This document shows positions 9,004-17,736 of a DNA stretch of 32,800 nt, piece by piece. Source of the DNA: an uncultured bacterium (lineage in GTDB: Bacteria > Cloacimonadota > Cloacimonadia > Cloacimonadales > Cloacimonadaceae); the NCBI GenBank assembly GCA_964292625.1, contig CAXYWN010000001.1, positions 1 to 32,800 on the forward strand, read 5' to 3'. The position numbers and the translations under genes are program-made. Below the pieces are notes generated by a model, which was given only the letters and a program-made list of their open reading frames with translations, made no database searches and was not told where the DNA came from. Position 1 is the first letter of the stretch. Every line of letters starts with the position of its first letter.

Positions 9004-12000
9004 ATGAATTTTAACAAATTTGCATTCTGCCTGTTGCTGGCGTTGCTGGTTTGCGGATCAGCTTTCGCGGCAATGGTGGAATCTTCATCAGGCACCAAGA
9101 AGCTCGACCTTTCTCTCTACCATAATGTGGGTAACATGTGGCTGAGAGTGAGCAACTACGGTTTCTTCGGTTCCGGAGACGACGTGGTGCCTCAATACCC
9201 GTCATTGGAATATCCCGGAGGCAGCGGTATTGACTACCTATACCAGGGAGCCCTCTGGTTCGGCGCCAAAAAATACCGCCGCGACGATGCCGGCAGAAAG
9301 CTCTTCTGGAGAGCTGTGAACCCTGGTGCGGACAGCACCGGCACGGTCGCTCAAGGAACTCCCGACTGGCGGCCCTGGATGAAACCGGTCGTAGATACGC
9401 TGGTAACCGTTGGTTTCGACGGCGACAAAGACCTCTATGAATTTCTGCCAGCCTACAACCCTCTGGTAGCCGGAAACCCTCAGGCTGTGGATTTATACAA
9501 TGCCTATAACGCCCTGGACGGTATTGCCACTGCCAGCACCCGTTATCAAAAACGGGGTGTGGATGACGATGGAGACGGTATCATTGATGAGGACTTTGTG
9601 GGCTACACCTTCCCACTCAGGGCGGCTTCCGAACTGCCCGTCCAGTTCCAGTCTTTTGGCGGACAATTCATCGCCAATACCCGAAATTTTGATATCATCA
9701 ACGATGGAAACAATTCTGAGATCTGGTTCCCTCTGGGTTTCATGGAGTTATCCGATACATCGCATCCCACCTACGATTTCTCAAATCCTTACGACGATGA
9801 CGGGGATGGTCAGATCGACGAAGACGGAGCTCCGGTCTCTGAACAGGACTTTATTTCCTTCTATTACGACTACTGTCCCTTCGGAACCGTCGGAGACAGG
9901 GATTTGGGCGGGTCAAGAAGCACCAACCGCCATTATCCCCTCAATGTGCGGGTGCGGCAAATGTCATATCAGTGGAGCTACGACTACATCAAAAACCTGG
10001 TCTATGTCGAGTTCAATATCACCAATATGAACATTGCGACCCAGGATACCCTCTTTGACTGCGCCATGGGAATCTATATGGATTGTGACTGCGGACCGCA
10101 GAGCATGGGATCCGAAAAAGCTGCTGACGATAAATCCGGCTACGTCAAAGGCGAAGGATATGAATTTGCCTATACCTACGATGCCGATGGCGACGGCGGC
10201 CTAACCACCGGCAGGGTCGGCGCCCGCGTTTGCTCTCCCGATCCAGAAGAGCTCAAGTTTCACTGCTGGTTCTGGAAGGTCGGCGACGGACCGGATGACT
10301 TCAGTCCTTATAGCTGGAGTTACACGCCCAGACGCACGGCCAATGAAAAGTATTGGTTGCTGACCGGCAAAAATCCCAACGAAACCAAGTTCGCACCATT
10401 GCGTCCGGAACAAATCGACCAAACTGAATACGAGCAGCCCTCACCCAATGACACGCGTTTCCTATTCTCATTCTATGGAGACCAACAGGGAATGAGCGCC
10501 CCAAATGAAAGCTCGTGGAACCTGGCGCCCGGCAAAACAATGAAAATTGTGATAGCCGTCTTTCCCGGTGACAACCTGGAAGACCTAAAACGTACAGCCC
10601 GCTGGGCCAAAGAGATCTATGACAAGCCACAAACCCTCACCACTGTGGTGCTGCCAGACACCTTCCCGCACTATAACCCGCCGGAACCGCCGGAAATTCC
10701 CAAGCTTTTTGCCGAGATGACCGACAATGGCAATCGGATAGACCTGTTTTGGGATAACCGCAGCGAATTCTCCTATGACACCAAAACTGTGAGCAGTGCC
10801 TTGATCGGCTGGCAAGATCCTAGCAGCGCCTTCCTCAATGTAGGCTTGGACAGCGATCCGTCGTTTGTTGACTGGAGCGAATACCCACCCCAGTTTCAAC
10901 CACCTTCTGATCCAGAACTCTTCAACATGAACGCCAGGGTGAATCCCTACACGGCTTACCGTCTGCGCCACGATTTCCAGGGCTACACAGCCTGGGGAAG
11001 AAGGGGCAGCGGCTCACAGGAAGATTGGACCATGATGGAACGCTGGGATAAAGTCGAAACTGCCCAGGACTTTTTGGATTTCACGGTAAACATCAACAGC
11101 CCTCATGCCGATAGTCTTTATGTATATTTCGGCGGTTATCTTGGTGTGGACAAAGGCATGCCCAATAAAAATTCCTGGACAGGGGATTACTCCAAGTTTA
11201 CCATCCTGGATGATAATTTTGGGTTCACCCAAAATCCCACCGACCTTTTCTATGGCTGGCCGATCTACGATCCCGATGTGGATTGTGATTCCGAAGTGCT
11301 GGCGCAAGCTCAGGCAATTGCAGACGCCAGCGAAGGTCTGCCGCTTTTCATGATCAAAAACGCGCAAGCCCTTCTCTTCAAACATCCCGAAATCAGACCG
11401 GAGATCTTTGAGGAACTGTATGATTCGAGAATGATACCCCTGCCCGGACACGGTGGCCAGGTATTCATTCCCCAGAATCCGGATAATCCGACCCTAGAAG
11501 AAGCTGCCGACCTGGCAAAGCTGCAGGATCAACGTCTTGCCCGCAGATATTACCAATCTGCGATTATGTATCCCCGCAAAGGCGTGGAATACTATGTCGC
11601 CGTCACAGCCTACGACCGGGGCATCCCCTCAAACGACCTGAATTTCCAGGAAACCGGACGTGATGCCGATGCCAACATGAAGATATTCTTCCCGGGCACC
11701 CTCGCCCAGGAAACCATGGATAACATTTATGTGGTACCCAATCCCTACATCGGCAGAAGCTCATTTGACGGCAGACGCGACAATGACGAAAAAGGCGACA
11801 AAAGCCGTCGCCTATGGTTCATCAACTTGCCGAATAGCTGCAAAATCCGTATCTACACCTTGGCCGGAGACCTGGTTCAGGAAATTGATCACGACGGTGC
11901 CTATCAGGCCGACATTATCACCGTCTCCAAAGCTGCCACCCAGGGTATTTCCGCCAGTGGCATGCACGATTGGAACTTGCTTTCCAAAAACAATCAGATT

Positions 12001-12084
12001 ATTGCCCCCGGAGTATATCTCTACTCCGTGCAAAATAAGGCCGACAACAAGACCAAGGTCGGCAAGTTCGTCATCATCAAATAG
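9004..12084 (+). CDS. Large secreted protein with DxDxDG loops and a T9SS-type C-terminal sorting domain
   Basis: Signal peptide; SLEYPGGSGIDYL...LWFG; two DDDGDGxIDED loops; C-terminus VVPNPY...FINLP..CKIRIYTLAGDLV...W...APGVYLYSV...GKFVIIK. Confidence 0.8.
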   Translation: MNFNKFAFCLLLALLVCGSAFAAMVESSSGTKKLDLSLYHNVGNMWLRVSNYGFFGSGDDVVPQYPSLEYPGGSGIDYLYQGALWFGAKKYRRDDAGRKLFWRAVNPGADSTGTVAQGTPDWRPWMKPVVDTLVTVGFDGDKDLYEFLPAYNPLVAGNPQAVDLYNAYNALDGIATASTRYQKRGVDDDGDGIIDEDFVGYTFPLRAASELPVQFQSFGGQFIANTRNFDIINDGNNSEIWFPLGFMELSDTSHPTYDFSNPYDDDGDGQIDEDGAPVSEQDFISFYYDYCPFGTVGDRDLGGSRSTNRHYPLNVRVRQMSYQWSYDYIKNLVYVEFNITNMNIATQDTLFDCAMGIYMDCDCGPQSMGSEKAADDKSGYVKGEGYEFAYTYDADGDGGLTTGRVGARVCSPDPEELKFHCWFWKVGDGPDDFSPYSWSYTPRRTANEKYWLLTGKNPNETKFAPLRPEQIDQTEYEQPSPNDTRFLFSFYGDQQGMSAPNESSWNLAPGKTMKIVIAVFPGDNLEDLKRTARWAKEIYDKPQTLTTVVLPDTFPHYNPPEPPEIPKLFAEMTDNGNRIDLFWDNRSEFSYDTKTVSSALIGWQDPSSAFLNVGLDSDPSFVDWSEYPPQFQPPSDPELFNMNARVNPYTAYRLRHDFQGYTAWGRRGSGSQEDWTMMERWDKVETAQDFLDFTVNINSPHADSLYVYFGGYLGVDKGMPNKNSWTGDYSKFTILDDNFGFTQNPTDLFYGWPIYDPDVDCDSEVLAQAQAIADASEGLPLFMIKNAQALLFKHPEIRPEIFEELYDSRMIPLPGHGGQVFIPQNPDNPTLEEAADLAKLQDQRLARRYYQSAIMYPRKGVEYYVAVTAYDRGIPSNDLNFQETGRDADANMKIFFPGTLAQETMDNIYVVPNPYIGRSSFDGRRDNDEKGDKSRRLWFINLPNSCKIRIYTLAGDLVQEIDHDGAYQADIITVSKAATQGISASGMHDWNLLSKNNQIIAPGVYLYSVQNKADNKTKVGKFVIIK

Positions 12085-12095
12085 GGGAGGAAAAA

Positions 12096-13127
12096 GTGAA
12101 AAAACAATATATCCTGATCGTCGTACTGGCACTGATCCTGCTACCCGCCGTGCTTTCCGCCAAGCCTTTCGGCAAGGTCGGCACTGCGGCCCTGCAATTT
12201 CTGAAACTTGGCGTTGACGCCCGCGCCATCGGCATGGGCGAAGCCTATACCGCCGTTACAGACGACATTTCCTCTGTTTACTGGAATCCCGCCGGACTTG
12301 CACCTGCCTTTGAAAATCAGGCCTTTGCCTCCCACACGAACTGGCCTGCCGGCATCATGCACGATTTCGTGGCCGGCACCTGGACTAATGGAGTCTCGAC
12401 CTTCGCCGCCTACGGGTCGGTGCTGCATATGGACAAAATTGATATCACCGATGAGGAGACCTTTGGGCCCACCGGCGAGCAATTTACCAACAGCAGCCTG
12501 GCTTTCGGGCTCAATTACGCACAGCAGTTCACCAACAAGTTTTCCGCCGGCATCGGAGTTAAATACCTGCGGGAAAACCTCTATACCTTTTCCGTGAACA
12601 GCTACGCCTTCGATGTCGGATCAATATACAACACCGGCTTCAACAACATCAAAATCGGCATGGCCCTGCGTAATTTCGGCCCTGATATCGGCTATCTGGT
12701 GGATGACGATGAAGACGGCAGCATAGACGAAGACCCCTTTGATCTCTTCGACAACGATGGTGACGGACTGATCGACGAGGACGGACCGGAGCTTGAGTCC
12801 AAGATACCCATGAGTTTTTCCCTGGGTATCTGCGGAGACATCATGCGCTCCGACACCTCCCACTGGATCGTCTCTGCTCAGCTCGACAACGTTATCGACC
12901 GCATGGAAACCTGGAACCTTGGCACGGAATACAAGATGGGAAATCTCTTCCTGCGCGCCGGTTACCAGATCAACTATGATACCAACGGCTTCAGCGCCGG
13001 GGTCGGATATCAGATCCCCACCCGCTTTGCCATCATCAATATCGACTACGCCTACACGGATATGGGCCTCTTGAAAGAGACATTCCTGAAAAGCGCCCAT
13101 CGCTTGTCCATCAAATTCAAATACTAA
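12096..13127 (+). CDS. PorV/PorQ-family (FadL-like) outer-membrane beta-barrel
   Basis: GTG start after GGAGG, signal peptide, family motif FLKLGVDARAIGMGEAY.A..DD.S..YWNPAGL, amphipathic strands and an aromatic C-terminus. Confidence 0.88.
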   Translation: MKKQYILIVVLALILLPAVLSAKPFGKVGTAALQFLKLGVDARAIGMGEAYTAVTDDISSVYWNPAGLAPAFENQAFASHTNWPAGIMHDFVAGTWTNGVSTFAAYGSVLHMDKIDITDEETFGPTGEQFTNSSLAFGLNYAQQFTNKFSAGIGVKYLRENLYTFSVNSYAFDVGSIYNTGFNNIKIGMALRNFGPDIGYLVDDDEDGSIDEDPFDLFDNDGDGLIDEDGPELESKIPMSFSLGICGDIMRSDTSHWIVSAQLDNVIDRMETWNLGTEYKMGNLFLRAGYQINYDTNGFSAGVGYQIPTRFAIINIDYAYTDMGLLKETFLKSAHRLSIKFKY

Positions 13128-13158
13128 TAACTGACCTAATTAATAAATGGAGTTAAGA

Positions 13159-15330
13159 ATGAAAAAAACCTTATTGGTCATTTTAACCCTCGGGCTGCTA
13201 CTGTCAGTGGCTTTTGCCAATGAACTGCAGATCCCGACCAGCAAGAAACCGATAGAGACGCCTCAAGGCATCCCTATCCCTAAAACGCGCGTTGCGCCGG
13301 AATACTCCTTCACCAAGCTGCCCACTGCCATCATCGTAAACTACTACGATTACATGATCGGCAGCTACAACGGCCTGCCCCTCAGGATCATCCCTGAAGT
13401 CGCCGGCGGCGGATATTTCATGACTTACCATGGACGCCGCCAACCCACCAGCACCCGCCGTGTTTTCTACACCTACATCGATGAAGGTGGAAACATCGTT
13501 AACAATAACGAAGTCACCAGTGTGCAGAACCACGAAGGTTATGCCACAATCGCGGTTGACCCCATTTCCGGAAAACCGATGTACTCATGGCACGCCAACA
13601 AGGATGCGGATGCCGAATTAGAAATTGAATTTACCTCCGATGCCTTTATTGCCGGCATCTCCGGTCTCTTCAACGACACCCAGATCGTCATCGACAATCC
13701 CATCACCCTCACCTCCCCTAGCGGAATTGTCACCACCAACAACGATTTTAGCTGGCCCACAGCCCAGATCGGTCCTTCCCCCGTTGCCGGCAAGAGGAGA
13801 ATTTACATCGTTGCCAGAAACTCCGTCTACGCAACCTACGGGCCCTCCGAAAACCCGATGATCTCCTACGCCGATTTCGACGGTGACGACATTGAGATGG
13901 GCGTGCCCCTGGTTTGGAGCCACACCACGATCCCCGAGATGGACCAATGGAACGTGGACGCGGATTGGCGCCGTCCTTTCCATGGCCCCACCGCCGACAA
14001 CGCAGGTAACCTCTATTATGCCGGTTACCATTTCGCCACCGAATCCGACGGCACTACAAACATTGAAGAACCGGACCTGGATGTCTTCGTCTGCCCCAAC
14101 TACGGCCAGGGCACCTGGACCCGTTACAGCACCTACAGCTACCTGAACATGGCGAATCCGCCCACTTCTCCCAGCGACTCCACAGGTTATTTCGATAATC
14201 CTGATGAAGGCGACATTCCCTACGGCGACAATGGCGAACTGCGTTTCGCGCTTTCCAACTCTGCCCACATCAATGCCTCCGTGGACAACTATGGAAGGGT
14301 CCATGTGCTCGGCACCTGGGCACTGAGCGCCTATAGCGGATATTATTATCCTGCCATGCAATATATAAAAGAATTTGTTTTCGACCCTGCTACTCATGAA
14401 TTTGAAATTCGTGAGGTCTATCCCCAGAAGGATCCCACCGACACATACAACACCGCATTCTGCCCCTGGGATATAGAAGCCCCCTGGGGTGTGGTCGATG
14501 AATACAACCTCGCCTCCGATGGCAGTTCTCATCCGGCTATCGTCTCTGACTTTCCTTTCCCTCACTGGGACGATTCTGCTCATACCGATGCGATGTACTT
14601 CCACTACAACAACACCAAAACCACCGATGCGAATAGTCATGGTATGATGGCCGCCGTCTGGCAGAACTCTCAACGCGCCCGTTGGTACAATTACAACTCT
14701 GATCTTGATTATTCTGCCTATGCCAACACTCCTGAGATCTACATCTCTGTATCTCCGGATAACGGCGACACATGGAGCGAACCTGTCATTATCAATAATG
14801 TGGAGACTCCCCAATTTGCCGGCATCAAGCCCATGTGGGTATATCCCGCCGACCAGGTGATCTTCACAGCCATGCAGGGTGAAAACAAGGTTGGAAAACT
14901 GGGTGTAATGTTCTACAACGATTACACTTGGGGCGCCAACGCCATCGACCCTCCCTACCACCCATCCCCCGATGGCGGCGAAGTGATGTTCATGGAACTG
15001 CAGATCGTCTTCCCAGTTGGTTCATCCACCGGAAGCGAAACTGCTCCCACCATCACCCGCATGCTCAATCAGAATTACCCCAACCCCTTCAATCCTGAAA
15101 CCACCATCAGTTTTGATCTGCCCAAAGCAAGCCACGCAAACCTTTCTGTTTACAATGTGAAAGGCCAGCAGGTCAAGACCCTGGTAGATGGAAATCTGGA
15201 TTTCGGCAAGCAAAACTTCGTCTGGAACGGCACCCACAACCACGGCAATCCCGTTACCAGCGGCATCTATTTCTATCGTCTGACCACCAATGGCAGCGTG
15301 GAAACCAAAAAAATGATGCTGATGAAGTAA
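13159..15330 (+). CDS. Secreted protein with T9SS type-A / FlgD-Ig-like C-terminal sorting domain
   Basis: GGAG before ATG 13159, signal peptide, one Asp-box (SPDNGDTWS), and C-terminus QNYPNPFNPETTISF...YNVKGQ.VKTL...WNG...SGIYFYRL...KKMMLMK. Confidence 0.88.
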   Translation: MKKTLLVILTLGLLLSVAFANELQIPTSKKPIETPQGIPIPKTRVAPEYSFTKLPTAIIVNYYDYMIGSYNGLPLRIIPEVAGGGYFMTYHGRRQPTSTRRVFYTYIDEGGNIVNNNEVTSVQNHEGYATIAVDPISGKPMYSWHANKDADAELEIEFTSDAFIAGISGLFNDTQIVIDNPITLTSPSGIVTTNNDFSWPTAQIGPSPVAGKRRIYIVARNSVYATYGPSENPMISYADFDGDDIEMGVPLVWSHTTIPEMDQWNVDADWRRPFHGPTADNAGNLYYAGYHFATESDGTTNIEEPDLDVFVCPNYGQGTWTRYSTYSYLNMANPPTSPSDSTGYFDNPDEGDIPYGDNGELRFALSNSAHINASVDNYGRVHVLGTWALSAYSGYYYPAMQYIKEFVFDPATHEFEIREVYPQKDPTDTYNTAFCPWDIEAPWGVVDEYNLASDGSSHPAIVSDFPFPHWDDSAHTDAMYFHYNNTKTTDANSHGMMAAVWQNSQRARWYNYNSDLDYSAYANTPEIYISVSPDNGDTWSEPVIINNVETPQFAGIKPMWVYPADQVIFTAMQGENKVGKLGVMFYNDYTWGANAIDPPYHPSPDGGEVMFMELQIVFPVGSSTGSETAPTITRMLNQNYPNPFNPETTISFDLPKASHANLSVYNVKGQQVKTLVDGNLDFGKQNFVWNGTHNHGNPVTSGIYFYRLTTNGSVETKKMMLMK

Positions 15331-15354
15331 TCCTGCCAGCAATATATTAAAACC

Positions 15355-15385
15355 AACCCGGGTGTTTTCCTCACCCGGGTTTTTT
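15355..15385 (+). terminator. Rho-independent terminator of the TonB operon
   Basis: 10-bp stem AACCCGGGTG/CACCCGGGTT running into a T tract, 25 bp after the stop codon. Confidence 0.88.
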
Positions 15386-15625
15386 GTATTCAGGGCAAAG
15401 ATGGGAGCACTACTATTTTAGTTCACTTTCAAACGAAGTGGACAATTCTGCCTGAATATCGCCAATCAAATCGCCCTTGAATTTGCCCCGTGAGCATCAC
15501 CAGCGCCTCGCCTTCACTTCTCCTTGCTGCCACGGGAAGGGAGGGCGAACCGAGGTGGTAGTGGATAAGGTGGGGACAAGGTGGTTCATACTTTGGTTCG
15601 TTCCTCTTATTGGGAGGGGCCAGGG

Positions 15626-15764
15626 GGTTTGGAAAAGCAGGATTGAGGGTTAAGGTGTGAGTGGGTGGTGAGATAGGCTGATTTGAGAGGTTTGGAAATT
15701 TTGGCTGTTTTGGGGGATTCTTCGACAAGCGGTTTGGAAATAAAGACAAGCGGTTTGGAAATAA
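15626..15764. repeat. Phased direct repeats at the prophage edge (candidate transposase or end-binding sites)
   Basis: GGTTTGGAAA at 15626, 15689, 15731 and 15752. GACAAGCGGTTTGGAAATAA is repeated exactly at 15724-15743 and 15745-15764. Confidence 0.75.
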
Positions 15765-15790
15765 TTGGGGTTAGATTTTCAAAGGGGTTG

Positions 15791-16273
15791 TCATTTTAGT
15801 TCATTGAGGGCTTTGATGATTGCTTGAATGAGGAATCTGCGGGGTTTGAGTTCGTGAGATTTCATTTTGCGAGCGATAGCCCAGGCGAGGGAGTGGTATC
15901 GATCGGCGAGTTTCTGTTGTTTTGGGTTTAGTTTTTGGGAGGATGTTGTGCGGACGGGTATCTTGGTGCCGCGGGAGGATGCTGAGAGGAGTCGTTTTTT
16001 GCGAGCCCACTCTTCGATGGGGCCAATGGGTGGCATTTTGCCGGGTTTTCTGCCTTCGTGGACGTATTGGGCATAGGGAGCGATGCTGGCTTCCACAAAG
16101 ACGTCGATCTGGGTTTTGGCGGGGTTATACTTGGTGCGGATACCGCGGCGCAGTTTACCCCACGCCACCATGCCCTCCTGGTCGACGATCTGGACGGCAT
16201 ACTCCTCGATGCGATCACTGAGCTGAGCCAGGCGTTGATCCAAGAGCTGGCGTAATTCGCTAAAAGATGCCAT
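15791..16273 (-). CDS. HK97-gp10-like phage morphogenesis protein
   Basis: LRRGI...YAQYVHEGRKPGKMPP...IEEWARKK...AWAIARKM...KPRRFL pattern. Confidence 0.65.
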   Translation of the reverse strand: MASFSELRQLLDQRLAQLSDRIEEYAVQIVDQEGMVAWGKLRRGIRTKYNPAKTQIDVFVEASIAPYAQYVHEGRKPGKMPPIGPIEEWARKKRLLSASSRGTKIPVRTTSSQKLNPKQQKLADRYHSLAWAIARKMKSHELKPRRFLIQAIIKALNELK

Positions 16274-16275
16274 GC

Positions 16276-16539
16276 TTAGCTTCCATCCTCTATCGCCACT
16301 CTCGCTTTGATCGTCTTGATATAGGCGTTAAACACGTTATAATCAAAGTAGTCGGCATACTTCTCCAGGACGATGCGATCGACGGCAAGGATGCGTTGTT
16401 TGAGCGGTAGAGGGATAGAATCCCAGTCCTTTTCCATACCGAGGCGGGAGAACATTTCCTGTTCGTCGGTGGAGTCGTCCTTTTCAAAGTAGTCGAGGAT
16501 GTATTCGTAACATTTTACGCAGTGTTCTCCAACAGCCAT
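16276..16539 (-). CDS. Putative 87-aa immunity protein from an internal in-frame start inside the MuF ORF
   Basis: AAGGAGATAAAATG gives a strong RBS and ATG at 16539. The product (MAVGEH...EDGS) is small and acidic and sits where MuF immunity genes usually lie. Confidence 0.5.
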   Translation of the reverse strand: MAVGEHCVKCYEYILDYFEKDDSTDEQEMFSRLGMEKDWDSIPLPLKQRILAVDRIVLEKYADYFDYNVFNAYIKTIKARVAIEDGS

Positions 16540-17595
16540 TTTATCTCCTTTTTTGATGATTTGCGGGGTTAGCAGCATCACCTTGCCATGCTGGGTGGCA
16601 TCGAGGTTATTCATAATAAAATCGATGTTTTTGGGATAGAAAGTTTTAAGGGTGTTTTTGTCAAGATTAAAGACGGCAAAATCGTGTTTCATGACCCCAT
16701 CCAGATCCCGCAGCTTGGGATCCCAGACGTAGAGGTTGAGGCTTCCATCGCGGGCAGATCTCGCCAGTCCCATTTGTTTGAGGGGGTTTTTGAGGAGGTC
16801 TGAGACCAGGTTTTGATACTGTTTTTGCGTGGAAACGCCGAGATCATCCTGGTGTTTGGCATAGTGATCAAAGAGCTGCTCCCGGCTGTCGAATTCAAAG
16901 TTGAGTGCTTTGGAGACGAGGGCAGAGATGTGTTGTTTCTGCATCTTGATGAGGTTGTTTGCCCTATCCAGCGCCGCGTCATAGGGATCGGAGGGTTCGG
17001 AGTAGGGCACTACCCGGGTGCGACAGTTATAGTGATAGGGTGGCAGCCAGGGCTCCATATCCGGAGAGGAGGCTTGGGAGAAATTGTCGTTTCCTTGCCA
17101 AAATGAGGCGGGATGAACCAGGTTGCTTTGCTCGTTTTCACGCTGTACCGCTCCGCCCAGTTCGAAGACGCGTCCGTGCATCATGCGGCAGATTTCGGTG
17201 GTGTTGGGATCGATGTAGGCGACCACTTTTACCAGCTCAGTTCCGCGGGCGGCGTATTCGCTGAGGCGTTCGGCGGTGTTAGCCCGCGCTGAGACGGTGT
17301 TGACATAGCTATCGAGCTGATCTTCGCGCAATTCGCCACGCTGGGGATAGCTGGCTTTTACCAGGGCTAAGACCTGTTGGTAAACGGGATCAAGACCAGT
17401 GACAGCATCGAGGCTGTCACCTTCTGCAAGGGTAGAGCGAGACTCTCCCTGGCGGTTGTAGAGTGCTTTCAATTCTCCTTCCAGTTCGCTATCATTGAAG
17501 CGTCCATCGGCGTAGCGGCGGATGATGGCAGAGAGGCGCTCGGCGCGTGATGCTTTGCTCATCTTCCGTAGTTTGAGCATACCCGTAACCTTCAT
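16276..17595 (-). CDS. MuF (Mu gpF / SPP1 gp7-like) minor head protein with a toxin-like C-terminal extension, 439 aa
   Basis: Start 17595 overlaps the upstream stop (ATGA). MuF motifs DPNTTEICRMMHGRVF and LPPYHYNCRT are followed by an LFDHYAKH...Y...TFYP domain. Confidence 0.8.
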   Translation of the reverse strand: MKVTGMLKLRKMSKASRAERLSAIIRRYADGRFNDSELEGELKALYNRQGESRSTLAEGDSLDAVTGLDPVYQQVLALVKASYPQRGELREDQLDSYVNTVSARANTAERLSEYAARGTELVKVVAYIDPNTTEICRMMHGRVFELGGAVQRENEQSNLVHPASFWQGNDNFSQASSPDMEPWLPPYHYNCRTRVVPYSEPSDPYDAALDRANNLIKMQKQHISALVSKALNFEFDSREQLFDHYAKHQDDLGVSTQKQYQNLVSDLLKNPLKQMGLARSARDGSLNLYVWDPKLRDLDGVMKHDFAVFNLDKNTLKTFYPKNIDFIMNNLDATQHGKVMLLTPQIIKKGDKMAVGEHCVKCYEYILDYFEKDDSTDEQEMFSRLGMEKDWDSIPLPLKQRILAVDRIVLEKYADYFDYNVFNAYIKTIKARVAIEDGS

Positions 17596-17720
17596 GAGAT
17601 TGACTCCTTGGTGGCAACTTCGTGAGCACATTTTTCGCATTTGCGGTAGCGGATGATGGCTCCGCAGATTTGGATGGTTCGGATGACGAGCATACGAGCT
17701 CCGCACTTGGGGCATTTCAT
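17592..17720 (-). CDS. 42-aa zinc-ribbon protein (Ogr/Delta- or NrdR-N-like), possible transcriptional regulator
   Basis: TAAGGAG RBS; MKCPKCG...IIRYRKCEKC..E..T.ES with two CxxC pairs. It is the real tail of the 164-aa track ORF. Confidence 0.72.
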   Translation of the reverse strand: MKCPKCGARMLVIRTIQICGAIIRYRKCEKCAHEVATKESIS

Positions 17721-17736
17721 TGATGGCTCCTTAATT

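Noticed and set aside
13618-14961. Long antisense ORFs (447 aa here; also 24253-25350, 25389-26597 and 4327-5136)
   Set aside because: They are shadows of well-supported genes on the other strand and have no RBS or recognisable motifs.
15429-15749. 106-aa - strand ORF at the prophage edge
   Set aside because: Its Pro/Asn-rich sequence reflects the G/T-rich repeat region, and there is no RBS.
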